Shown here piece by piece: positions 48,963-57,428 of a stretch of 64,000 nt of DNA. Position numbers and translations under genes: made by a program. The DNA comes from Actinoplanes sp. (GTDB lineage: Bacteria; Actinomycetota; Actinomycetes; Mycobacteriales; Micromonosporaceae): contig DASWRZ010000338.1 of assembly GCA_036402935.1 (NCBI GenBank), forward strand, positions 10,110 to 74,109. The letters are read 5' to 3'. The notes beneath the pieces are model-generated. The model saw only the letters and a list, made by a program, of their open reading frames with translations, searched no databases and had not been told where the DNA came from. Every line of letters starts with the position of its first letter. Position 1 is the first letter of the stretch.

Positions 48963-50079
48963 CGAAGCCTGAACCGCCGAAGAACCGGCGGATGCTCGCG
49001 GCCACATACTCGACCTGCCAGTCCTCCAGCTCCGGGTTCAGCGGCAGGGACAGCACGCGGCGGCAGAGCCGCTCGGTGTGCGGCAGCTGCCAGTGGTCCA
49101 GGCCGAGGCCGCGCTGCCGGTGCAGCGGCACCGGCCAGGAGATCCGCGTCTCCACCCCGTCGTCCCGCAGGTGCTCGACCAGGGCGTCCCGGCGGTCGGT
49201 GGTCACCGGATAGTTCTGGTAGACGTCGAACCGCCGCGGGTCGGCGTCCGGCGCCACCGGCACCTGCAGCTCCGGCACGTCGCGCAGCATCTCGTCGTAG
49301 CGGGCGGCGAGCGCCCGGCGGCGCTGGATCCACTCGGGCAACTGCCGCAGGCGCCAGCCGAGGATCGCCGCCTGCAGGTTGTCCAGCCGGCTGTTGTAGC
49401 CCCAGCCGTCCAGCTCGCTCGGGCCGACCCGGCCGTGGTCGCGCAGCACCAGCAGCCGGTCGGCCAGAGCGACGTCGTCGGTGAGGACCGCGCCCGCGTC
49501 GCCGAGCGCGCCGAGCATCTTGGCCGGATTGAACGAGTACGTGCTGGCCAGCCCGAAAGTGCCGGCGGTGCGCCGATCGAACGCCGCGCCGAGCGCCTGG
49601 GCCGCGTCCTCCAGCACCACCGCACCCACCGAGTCGGCCGCCTTCTGCACCGCGTCCATGTCGACCGTACGGCCGTTGAGGTGCACCGGGATGATCACCC
49701 GGGTCCGCTCGGTGACCAGGTCGGCCAGCTGGTCGGTGTCCATCAGGTGATCACCGCCGATGTCGGCCAGGATCGGGATGGCGCCGTGCAGCACGAACGG
49801 CGAGAGGGTGGCGACGAAGGTGTGCGCCACGGTGACCACCTCGTCGCCCGGGCCGATGTCCAGGGCGTGCGCGAGCAGCCGGAGGCCGTCGGTGCAGTCG
49901 CTGACACCGACCGCGCGCCCCGAGCCGATGAACCGGGCCAGCTCGGCCTCGAAGTCGAGGAGCTGCTCGCGCAGCATGAGATCGCCCCGGGCGATCGTGT
50001 CCTCGATGACCGGCAGCAACTCGGCCCGCTGGTGGCGCCACTGTTGCGGGTAGTCAACGAACTTGACTCGCCAGTCCAT
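48955..50079 (-). CDS. DegT/DnrJ/EryC1 sugar aminotransferase
   Basis: IGPGDEV, IIPVHLNG, EDAAQALG, SFNPAKMLGALGDAG, GYNSRLD. Confidence 0.93.
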   Translation of the reverse strand: MDWRVKFVDYPQQWRHQRAELLPVIEDTIARGDLMLREQLLDFEAELARFIGSGRAVGVSDCTDGLRLLAHALDIGPGDEVVTVAHTFVATLSPFVLHGAIPILADIGGDHLMDTDQLADLVTERTRVIIPVHLNGRTVDMDAVQKAADSVGAVVLEDAAQALGAAFDRRTAGTFGLASTYSFNPAKMLGALGDAGAVLTDDVALADRLLVLRDHGRVGPSELDGWGYNSRLDNLQAAILGWRLRQLPEWIQRRRALAARYDEMLRDVPELQVPVAPDADPRRFDVYQNYPVTTDRRDALVEHLRDDGVETRISWPVPLHRQRGLGLDHWQLPHTERLCRRVLSLPLNPELEDWQVEYVAASIRRFFGGSGFGV

Positions 50080-50100
50080 GGTCTGCTCCTCCTCTGTCGG

Positions 50101-51543
50101 TCAGGCGACCGGCGCGAGCCTGTGGCTCCACCAACCGGAGCGTCCGGACCTGGCGATCGGGATCGGCGGATCGGCGGGCGGCGGCGCGGGCTCGGACGGC
50201 GTGGCCTCGAACGAGCCGAGCGGCGGGAACCCCTCGTCGTCCTTGGCCGGCGCCATGTTGAGCACGCAGCCGACGATCCGGGCGTTGACCGCGTGCAGGG
50301 CCCGGACCGCCCCCGTCAGCTGGGCGTTCTTGGTGCGGCGGAAGCGCACCACCAGAAGCGCGCCGTCCGAGCGGGCGGCGATCACCGCCGCGTCGGTCAC
50401 CGGCAGCAGCGGCGGGCAGTCGAAGATCACGATGTCGAACCGGCCCCGCAGCTCCGCGACCAGGTCGCTCATCCGGTGCGAGCTGAGCAACTCGCTGGGG
50501 TTGGGCGGGGTCTGGCCGCTGGACAGCAGCCACAGCCCGGCACCCCACGGCTGGAGCACGTCGTCGATCGGGGCCGCCCCGGTCAGCACCGTGCTGAGCC
50601 CGGCCGAGCCTTCCCGGCCGAGGAACGACGCCAGCCGCGGGTGCCGCAGTTCGGCGTCGACGATCAGGACCCGGCGGCCCGATTCGGCGAACAGCAGGGC
50701 CAGGCTGCACGCGGTGGCCGAGCGGCCCTCGCCCGGTACCGCGCTGGTCACCGCGACGACCTGGGCCGGGCGGTCGGCATCGGCGTACTGGAGGTTGGTG
50801 CGCAACCGGCGCAGCGCCTCGGCCCGGGCCGAGTTGGGGTCGGAGACGAACGGGCCCGAGCGGCTGGGTGCGCTGGTGTCGACCGGCACCCGAGCCAGCA
50901 CGGGCGCGCCGGCCAGCGTCTGCAGGGCCTCGGCGGTGCGGATGCTCGAGTCGGTGACCTCCCGGCTCACCGCCAGGCCGGCGCCGACGATCAGGCCGGC
51001 CAGGCCGGCCAGCGCGAGGTTGTTGAGCGGTTTCGGCGACACCGGGTCCGGCTGCAGGCTGGGACCGGCGACGACATCCACCCGTACGGTCGGCTTGGCC
51101 GAGGTCGTGGCGTTCTCCAACGACCCGACCACGGACTCGAAGAGGGGAGCCAGGGAGGTGGCCGTCCGCAGGGCGCGGTCGCGGGAGTGATCCTGCACGG
51201 ACACCCGGAGCATGACCGTGTCGGTGACGGTCTCCGCGGTGATCTGCTTGGCGAGCTCGTCCGGGGCGATGCCGACCCCGGGCGCGGCGGAGAGCGGGCG
51301 GAGGATCCGGTCGCTGGTCAGCAGCGCCGCATAGGATTTCAGCCGGGTCGCCGAGAACATGCTGGCCGGATAGAGATCGGACGAGGTGACATTCGGCGTA
51401 GTGAAGAAAAAGGTGACCTCGGCGGCGTACGTCTTCGGCATTTTCACGTTTACCACCAAGGCGACGGCCAGCGCGAGAAAAACGGAGGCCACTACTATCC
51501 ACCAGTGCCTCCTGGCGACACGGAGATAATCGCGTAGGCCCAC
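50101..51543 (-). CDS. Wzc-like polysaccharide co-polymerase/tyrosine autokinase
   Basis: Wzz-like N-terminus, PVSPKP, EALRRLRTNL, VPGEGRS, IVDAELR, IFDCPPLL. Confidence 0.9.
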   Translation of the reverse strand: MGLRDYLRVARRHWWIVVASVFLALAVALVVNVKMPKTYAAEVTFFFTTPNVTSSDLYPASMFSATRLKSYAALLTSDRILRPLSAAPGVGIAPDELAKQITAETVTDTVMLRVSVQDHSRDRALRTATSLAPLFESVVGSLENATTSAKPTVRVDVVAGPSLQPDPVSPKPLNNLALAGLAGLIVGAGLAVSREVTDSSIRTAEALQTLAGAPVLARVPVDTSAPSRSGPFVSDPNSARAEALRRLRTNLQYADADRPAQVVAVTSAVPGEGRSATACSLALLFAESGRRVLIVDAELRHPRLASFLGREGSAGLSTVLTGAAPIDDVLQPWGAGLWLLSSGQTPPNPSELLSSHRMSDLVAELRGRFDIVIFDCPPLLPVTDAAVIAARSDGALLVVRFRRTKNAQLTGAVRALHAVNARIVGCVLNMAPAKDDEGFPPLGSFEATPSEPAPPPADPPIPIARSGRSGWWSHRLAPVA

Positions 51544-51686
51544 GCCAGACCTCCCGGTGCCGTGGCTGAGGTCAACATATGACGGGGTGACCGGACTGGT
51601 AGGGGATTCGAGAAATTCCGTTCGGTATCAGCCGACTGTCAAAGGCGGATAGATGCGCGGTGGTGACGGTGGGTCTGGAGTTGCCG
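51530..51686. repeat. Copy 1 of ~157-bp duplicated bidirectional promoter/leader
   Basis: Shares 25-, 12- and 16-nt identical blocks with 57271-57428 at offset 5741-5742. Confidence 0.85.
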
Positions 51687-51852
51687 CCGTTTCCCCACGG
51701 ACGATCCGCATCGCGGCAGGAGTTCCGCCGTTGGCAACCGGCACCGGTTAGCATGGCGGGCGAAGAGACCGTCGAACTGTTGCCCCGTCATGCCGAACGC
51801 ATCCCCCCTGTGCCGGTCCGGGCTCGGTAACCCGCAGTTTTGGATGGTGGGG

Positions 51853-52995
51853 ATGATCGTCAATAACCAAACCGTTCTGCTGTCCGGTTCCGACGTCGGC
51901 CCCGTGGAGCAGGAGTACGTCGTGGCGGCCCTCCGCTCGGGCTGGGTCGCGCCGGCCGGTCCTGATCTCGACCTGTTCGAGCGGGAGATCGCCGGCCGGG
52001 TGGGAGTGCCGTACGCGGTCGCCGTCAATTCCGGCACCGCCGCGCTGCACCTGGCCCTGATGGGCATCGGCGCCGGCCCCGGCGATGTCGTCGTGGTGCC
52101 GACCCTCACGTTCGCGGCCCCGGCGAACGCCGTCGTTTACACCGGTGCGGCGCCGATCTTCGTCGACTGCGACGCGACCACCGGCAACCTCGACGCTGAC
52201 CTGCTGGCCGGCCTGCTCGCCGAGTTGAGCGCCGAGGGTACGTCCGTGCGGGCGGTGCTGACCGTGGATCTCTTCGGGCGCTGCGCCGACTACAGTCGGA
52301 TCCTCCCGCTGTGCGACCGGTACGGCGTTCCGGTCATTGCGGACGCCGCCGAGGCGCTCGGTTCCATGCACCGTGGCCGGCCGGCCGGCTCCTTCGGCCG
52401 GGCGGCGGCGGTGTCGTTCAACGGCAACAAGATCATGACGACGTCCGGTGGTGGCATGCTGCTCACCGCCGACGCCGCCCTGGCCGACCAGGCACGTCAC
52501 CTGGCCAGCCAGGCGCGGCTGCCGGCGGAGCACTACGAGCATGCCGAGATCGGCTACAACTACCGGTTGAGCAACCTGCTGGCCGCGCTGGGCCGGGCCC
52601 AGCTGTGCCGCCTGGACGAGATGATCGCGCGCCGCCGGGCCGTGCGCGACGTCTACGCCAAGGTCTTCGCCGGCGTCGATGGCGTGAGTCTGCTGGGCGG
52701 TGAGGACTCCGGGGCGAACTGTTGGCTCACCGCAATCGTCGTCGATCCGGAACGGGCCGGTTGGCAGGCGCGTGACCTGGCCGCGCACCTGACGGCGAGG
52801 AACGTGGAGACGCGGCCGGTCTTCAAGCCCATGCACGTCCAACCGGTCTTCATGAGAGCCCGTACCGCCCTGAGCGGCGCCGCGGAGCGCCTGTTCAGCA
52901 ACGGCCTGGTCCTTCCCAGTGGTTCCGCTCTCCGCGAGAACGACGTCCGGAGGGTTCTCGACGACGTCGTGGAGTTCCTGGACGGCCACCGGTGA
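51853..52995 (+). CDS. DegT-family aminotransferase (PglE-like)
   Basis: SGWVAPAGP, NSGTAALHLAL, DAAEALGS, SFNGNKIMTTSGGG, GYNYRLSN; start uncertain. Confidence 0.92.
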   Translation: MIVNNQTVLLSGSDVGPVEQEYVVAALRSGWVAPAGPDLDLFEREIAGRVGVPYAVAVNSGTAALHLALMGIGAGPGDVVVVPTLTFAAPANAVVYTGAAPIFVDCDATTGNLDADLLAGLLAELSAEGTSVRAVLTVDLFGRCADYSRILPLCDRYGVPVIADAAEALGSMHRGRPAGSFGRAAAVSFNGNKIMTTSGGGMLLTADAALADQARHLASQARLPAEHYEHAEIGYNYRLSNLLAALGRAQLCRLDEMIARRRAVRDVYAKVFAGVDGVSLLGGEDSGANCWLTAIVVDPERAGWQARDLAAHLTARNVETRPVFKPMHVQPVFMRARTALSGAAERLFSNGLVLPSGSALRENDVRRVLDDVVEFLDGHR

Positions 52996-53675
52996 GCCTC
53001 TCGACCCGGGCGAGCGACGTCGTGCGACGCGCGATCGACATCGTCGTCGCCGCCGTTTTCCTGGTCGTCTTCTCCCCGGTCCTGTTCGTGGTCGCCGTGG
53101 TGATCGCGGCCGGACTCGGCCGGCCGGTGCTGTTCCGCCAGCGGCGACCGGGCCTGCACGGCCGGGCGTTCACCTTGGTCAAGTTCCGCACGATGCTGGA
53201 CGTGGACGAGCGGCGCGGCCTGATCACCGACGCCGACCGGCTCACCGGCCTGGGCCGCGTTCTCCGTGCGACCAGCTTGGACGAGCTGCCGACGATGTGG
53301 AACGTCCTGCGCGGAGAGATGAGCCTGGTGGGGCCCCGGCCGCTGCTGATGCGTTACCTCGATCTGTACACACCGGAACAGGCACGCCGCCATCTCGTAC
53401 GGCCGGGCGTCACCGGACTCGCCCAGGTGCGCGGGCGCAATGGGCTGAGCTGGAACGACAGGCTGGCGCTCGACGTCTGGTACGTCGACCACCGATCTCT
53501 CGCCCTGGACGCGTGGATCTGTGTGCGAACCGCCCTGATCCTGGTACGTCGGGATGGCATCGCGGCCCCGGGCGAGTCGACGATGCCCGAGTTCACCGGC
53601 ACGACGCCGCTCGGTGGCCCGACGCCGCTCGGTGGCCCGACGCCGCTCGGTGGAAAGGAGAAGGAGAGTGCCTGA
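52992..53675 (+). CDS. Bacterial sugar transferase (PglC-like priming phosphoglycosyltransferase)
   Basis: PVLFRQ.RPG, KFRTM, SLDELP, GEMSLVGPRP, RPGVTGLAQV. Confidence 0.93.
   Translation: MSLSTRASDVVRRAIDIVVAAVFLVVFSPVLFVVAVVIAAGLGRPVLFRQRRPGLHGRAFTLVKFRTMLDVDERRGLITDADRLTGLGRVLRATSLDELPTMWNVLRGEMSLVGPRPLLMRYLDLYTPEQARRHLVRPGVTGLAQVRGRNGLSWNDRLALDVWYVDHRSLALDAWICVRTALILVRRDGIAAPGESTMPEFTGTTPLGGPTPLGGPTPLGGKEKESA
53602..53653 (+). repeat. 18-bp tandem repeat x~3 at sugar transferase C-terminus
   Basis: CGACGCCGCTCGGTGGCC units (TPLGGP). Confidence 0.9.
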
Positions 53676-53745
53676 GCCCATCGTCATCGTGGGCTGTGGC
53701 GGCCACCGCCGTGCGATCTTCGCCTTGGCTGCGAGGGCTGACTGA
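53668..53745 (+). pseudogene. Truncated PglD/NeuD-like acetyltransferase remnant
   Basis: RBS AGGAG, GTG, reads MPEPIVIVGCGGHRRAIF then stops after 25 codons. Confidence 0.6.
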
Positions 53746-53775
53746 TATATACGATATGACCATTATGGTGGGGTC

Positions 53776-54984
53776 GTGCGGATCACTTATATCCACCAGC
53801 ATTTCCGGACGCTTGCCATGGTCGGCGGAACGCGTTCCTACGAGTTCGCCCGGCGCCTGGTCGAGCGCGGCCACGAGGTACACGTGATCGCCGGTGAGCC
53901 GGACGGGGTCCGAGCACGGGTCAGCACGGAGTCGGGCATCGTGGTGCATTGGCTTCCGGTGCCGTACGACAATTCGATGACCTACCGACGTCGGCTCTGG
54001 GTGTTCGTCGACTTCGTCGGCCGAGCGGCCGCGGTGGCCGGACGTCTGCGACATGATCTCGTCTTCGCGACCAGTACGCCCCTGACCGTGGCGATCCCGG
54101 GCGCGTATGCGGCGCTGCGCCGGGGGGTGCCGATGGTGCTGGAAGTGCGGGACGTGTGGCCTGAGGTGCCGATCGCGGTGGGCGCTCTACGCTCACCGGT
54201 CAGCCGCTGGGCGGCCCAGCGGCTCGAGGCATGGGCCTACCACCGAGCGGCCCACGTCATCGCACTCTCCCCGGGCATGGCCGACAGTATCCGGCGCCGG
54301 TTCGCCGATGTCGCGGTCACGGTCGTGCCCAACAGCTGCGACCGGGCGCTGTTCGCCGATGCTGACCGCGCGGGACGGTCGTTACGCCGGGCCACGCCGT
54401 GGCTCGAAGACCGCCCGCTGGTCCTGTACGCCGGCACTCTCGGTGTCGCCAACGGAGTGGAATACCTCGTACACATGGCCGCTCGGCTCGCCGACACGGC
54501 CCCGGACGTGCGGATCGTGATTCTCGGCGACGGCCGGGTGCGGGACGAGGTCCAGACCCTGGCCGCCGAACTGGGCGTGCTGGACCAGAATTTGTTCATG
54601 CTCGGACCGGTCGCCAAGGCGGAGGTCGTGGCCTTCTTCGGCGCTTGCGACCTGGCGATCTCCCTGTTCATCAACATCCCCGAACTGGGTAACAACTCGC
54701 CGAACAAGGTTTTCGACGCCTTCGCCGCCGGGCGGCCGGTGGCCGTCAACCACGGCGGGTGGATTGCCGAGCTGATCGCCGCGAGCGGTGCCGGCCTGGT
54801 TCTGCCACCGGACGACCCGGGGGGTGCGGCCGCTGCGGTGGCTGCCTTCGTGCGTGACCGCGCGGAATGCGCGGCTGCGCGGACGGCGGCGTACGCGCTC
54901 GCCCGCGATCGGTTCGACCGCGATCTGCTGTTCCACGACTTCGAGCGGGTACTGATCGGAGCCGTCGCGTCGACTCAGGGCTGA
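53776..54984 (+). CDS. GT4 glycosyltransferase (WbuB-like)
   Basis: GGTRSYEFAR, ATSTPL, EVRDVWPE, YAGTLGVANG, SPNKVFDAFAAGRP. Confidence 0.9.
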   Translation: MRITYIHQHFRTLAMVGGTRSYEFARRLVERGHEVHVIAGEPDGVRARVSTESGIVVHWLPVPYDNSMTYRRRLWVFVDFVGRAAAVAGRLRHDLVFATSTPLTVAIPGAYAALRRGVPMVLEVRDVWPEVPIAVGALRSPVSRWAAQRLEAWAYHRAAHVIALSPGMADSIRRRFADVAVTVVPNSCDRALFADADRAGRSLRRATPWLEDRPLVLYAGTLGVANGVEYLVHMAARLADTAPDVRIVILGDGRVRDEVQTLAAELGVLDQNLFMLGPVAKAEVVAFFGACDLAISLFINIPELGNNSPNKVFDAFAAGRPVAVNHGGWIAELIAASGAGLVLPPDDPGGAAAAVAAFVRDRAECAAARTAAYALARDRFDRDLLFHDFERVLIGAVASTQG

Positions 54985-55823
54985 ACCTTCGGCCGGCAGA
55001 ACGCGATCAGTAGGCTCTGGGCTCTCAGGGCGCGAGTCGCCGCGTAGTACAGACGGGTCGAGATCGTCGGGACCACCGCCTGGCCCCACAGCCGATCGTC
55101 CGGCGTCGCGGTAAACGCGCGGACCACAAATCGATGCTCGAGAAGTTCGACCAGGCAGCGCCGGTTGTAGGCGATCGCGTGGTGTGGCCACTCGATCGCC
55201 CCGAACCTGTTGCCCGCTCCACCGAGGACGCGTGAAGGCAGGCCGGCCAGGCCGTTGTGGTTGGGCACGTCGAGGTGCAGGATGCCGTCGGGCTTCAGTA
55301 GCGCGCTGATCTTCCCGAGCACCTCTCGGGGCCGGGTGATGTGCTCCAGCACCTGCGACATGAAGATGACGTCGTACTGCACGTCCTCGTCGCACGACAG
55401 GACGTCGCCGACACGGCAGGACTCGATCCCTCTGGAGTGTGCCGCCTCAATCGGTCGCGGATCTATGTCGATGCCTTGGTAATCGACACCGTGTGAGCCC
55501 ATCTCCGCGGCCATGCCTGCCTCACCACAGCCGACTTCCAGCATGCTGAAGCTCGCACGCCCGAGCATCTCGGAGTAATGGTGGTATCTGGTGTCTGCCA
55601 GCGCCCGGTACCGGTCAGACCGTCCCGGAGAGTCGCGGATCATGCGGGCGGTGAAGGCTTCCTCGGTCAAAATGCTTGATTCGCCGGACGACTTCGAGGC
55701 GATCTGCGGAAGCGGATCGCAGAAGACGAGACCGCACGCGGCACATCTCACAACCTTGCCGTGCTTCATCGACGTAACCGGACGGCGCTTACTCGCCCCA
55801 CAGGCCGGACAAGCGTCTAACAA
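54975..55823 (-). CDS. Class I SAM-dependent methyltransferase with N-terminal Zn finger
   Basis: CPAC..CAAC, LEVGCGEAG, QVLEHI, LKPDG, VPN. Confidence 0.85.
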   Translation of the reverse strand: MLDACPACGASKRRPVTSMKHGKVVRCAACGLVFCDPLPQIASKSSGESSILTEEAFTARMIRDSPGRSDRYRALADTRYHHYSEMLGRASFSMLEVGCGEAGMAAEMGSHGVDYQGIDIDPRPIEAAHSRGIESCRVGDVLSCDEDVQYDVIFMSQVLEHITRPREVLGKISALLKPDGILHLDVPNHNGLAGLPSRVLGGAGNRFGAIEWPHHAIAYNRRCLVELLEHRFVVRAFTATPDDRLWGQAVVPTISTRLYYAATRALRAQSLLIAFCRPKVQP

Positions 55824-56485
55824 CGGTTCGCCCCCGCTTCGGCGAACAGAACTCGCGACTTGGCGGGGTTGCCGACCGCCAGGGCTCCGGCCGGGACGTC
55901 TCGGTGCACGACTGCGCCGGCGCTCACCTTCGCGCCGTGCCCGACTCTCCGCCGCGGAAAGACCGTGGCATGGGTTCCGAGAAATACATCGTCTTGCAGT
56001 TCTACCGCGCCGTTGACGGCGGAGTAGGGCGAGACCACGCAGTTCGCGCCGACGACCGCATCATGGCCTACCGAGGCGTGGGCGTTGATCGCGCTGTTGG
56101 CCCCGATGGTGGCCGCAGTGCCGACGAATGCGAAGGGACACACCACGCACCCGTCGCCCAGTCGTGCGCCCGGCCCGATGTATGCCGACGGATGGATGAT
56201 GGTCGACAGGCGCCCACCTCGTGCCGCCACCACCGCGGCGAGCGCTCGGCGGACAGCGGGGTCGCCTACGGCGATGACGAAACCTGTCGCCTCGGAGATC
56301 GGGACGTCGCGGACACTACCCAGCACCTCCACGGCCAGGTCGAACCCGTTGAGTGCCCGTGGGTTGTCGTCGGCGAAGCCGGCCACGCGGTGCACCGGCT
56401 TGTCGGCGAACACGTCATGGGCGTAGCCGAGGACTTCGCGACCGAATCCGCCGGCGCCGACGATGACAAGGTCCAGCTGCGTCAT
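55817..56485 (-). CDS. NeuD/PglD-family sugar acetyltransferase
   Basis: IVGAGGFGRE, IAVGDP, IHPSA, VGHD, hexapeptide repeats, VGNPAK. Confidence 0.92.
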   Translation of the reverse strand: MTQLDLVIVGAGGFGREVLGYAHDVFADKPVHRVAGFADDNPRALNGFDLAVEVLGSVRDVPISEATGFVIAVGDPAVRRALAAVVAARGGRLSTIIHPSAYIGPGARLGDGCVVCPFAFVGTAATIGANSAINAHASVGHDAVVGANCVVSPYSAVNGAVELQDDVFLGTHATVFPRRRVGHGAKVSAGAVVHRDVPAGALAVGNPAKSRVLFAEAGANRC

Positions 56486-56519
56486 GCGACGTGCGCCTCC
56501 ATCAGGTCGACAGTGGATT

Positions 56520-57284
56520 TCATACGAGCATTCCGCCGTCTACTCCCAGCACCTGACCAGTCACATACTTCGACATGTCGGATGCGAAGAAGAGCACCGA
56601 ACGGGCGATGTCGTCCGGCGTGCCGGTGCGTCCCATCTTGATGCTGGCCGCGCGCTCTTCGAACCTCGCCGGCGGGAGCGCGCGCGTCATGCTCGTGTCG
56701 ATGAATCCGGGCGCGATGGCGTTTACCCGGATCTGGCGTGACGCCAGTTCCTTCGCGGCCGACTTCGTGAGGCCGATCAACGCGGACTTGGTGGCCGAGT
56801 AGACCGCCTGGCCTTCGTTGCCGACTACTCCGATGATCGAACTCAAATTGACGATCGATCCCGCCTTCGTCCGTTGCATCAGGCGGGCGGCTGCTTGGAG
56901 ATGATGGATGGCTCCGAACGTATTGACCTGAAACGAGCGCTCGATCATCTCGTCGGACACCATCCCGAGCAGCGCGTCGTCGAGGATGCCGGCATTGTTG
57001 ACGAGTACGTCCAACCGTCCGTGTTCTTTGAAGATCAGCTGATAGGCGCTGCGGATCTCGGCCGGATGGGCCGCGTCACAGACGATGCCGGCGGCCGGCC
57101 GCCGGTAGGCGGCCTCAAGCTCGTTGGTTCGTGCCTTGACGGCGTCGGCGTCGGCACGACCGTTGACGATCACGGTGGCACCGTGCGCCGCGAGGAGTTG
57201 TGCGGTATGCCAGCCGATCCCACGCGTCGAGCCGGTTACCAGCGCTACCTTGCCGGAGAGATCGAGGATGTCGCGGAGGCCCAC
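56520..57284 (-). CDS. FabG-like SDR
   Basis: VTGSTRGIG, NNAGI, YSATK, NAIAPGFIDT, VDGG. Confidence 0.92.
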   Translation of the reverse strand: MGLRDILDLSGKVALVTGSTRGIGWHTAQLLAAHGATVIVNGRADADAVKARTNELEAAYRRPAAGIVCDAAHPAEIRSAYQLIFKEHGRLDVLVNNAGILDDALLGMVSDEMIERSFQVNTFGAIHHLQAAARLMQRTKAGSIVNLSSIIGVVGNEGQAVYSATKSALIGLTKSAAKELASRQIRVNAIAPGFIDTSMTRALPPARFEERAASIKMGRTGTPDDIARSVLFFASDMSKYVTGQVLGVDGGMLV

Positions 57285-57428
57285 GCCAGACCTCCCGGTG
57301 CGTCGGTCAAGGCCAACATATGACGAGGTGGCACCGCTCGCGACGGAATCGTGAAATTGAGTTACTTATCGGCTCGACTGATAAAATCGGCTCATTGCGC
57401 AATGCTGCCCGCGGGTCTGGAGTTGCCG
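57271..57428. repeat. Copy 2 of duplicated bidirectional promoter/leader
   Basis: See copy 1 at 51530-51686. Confidence 0.85.
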
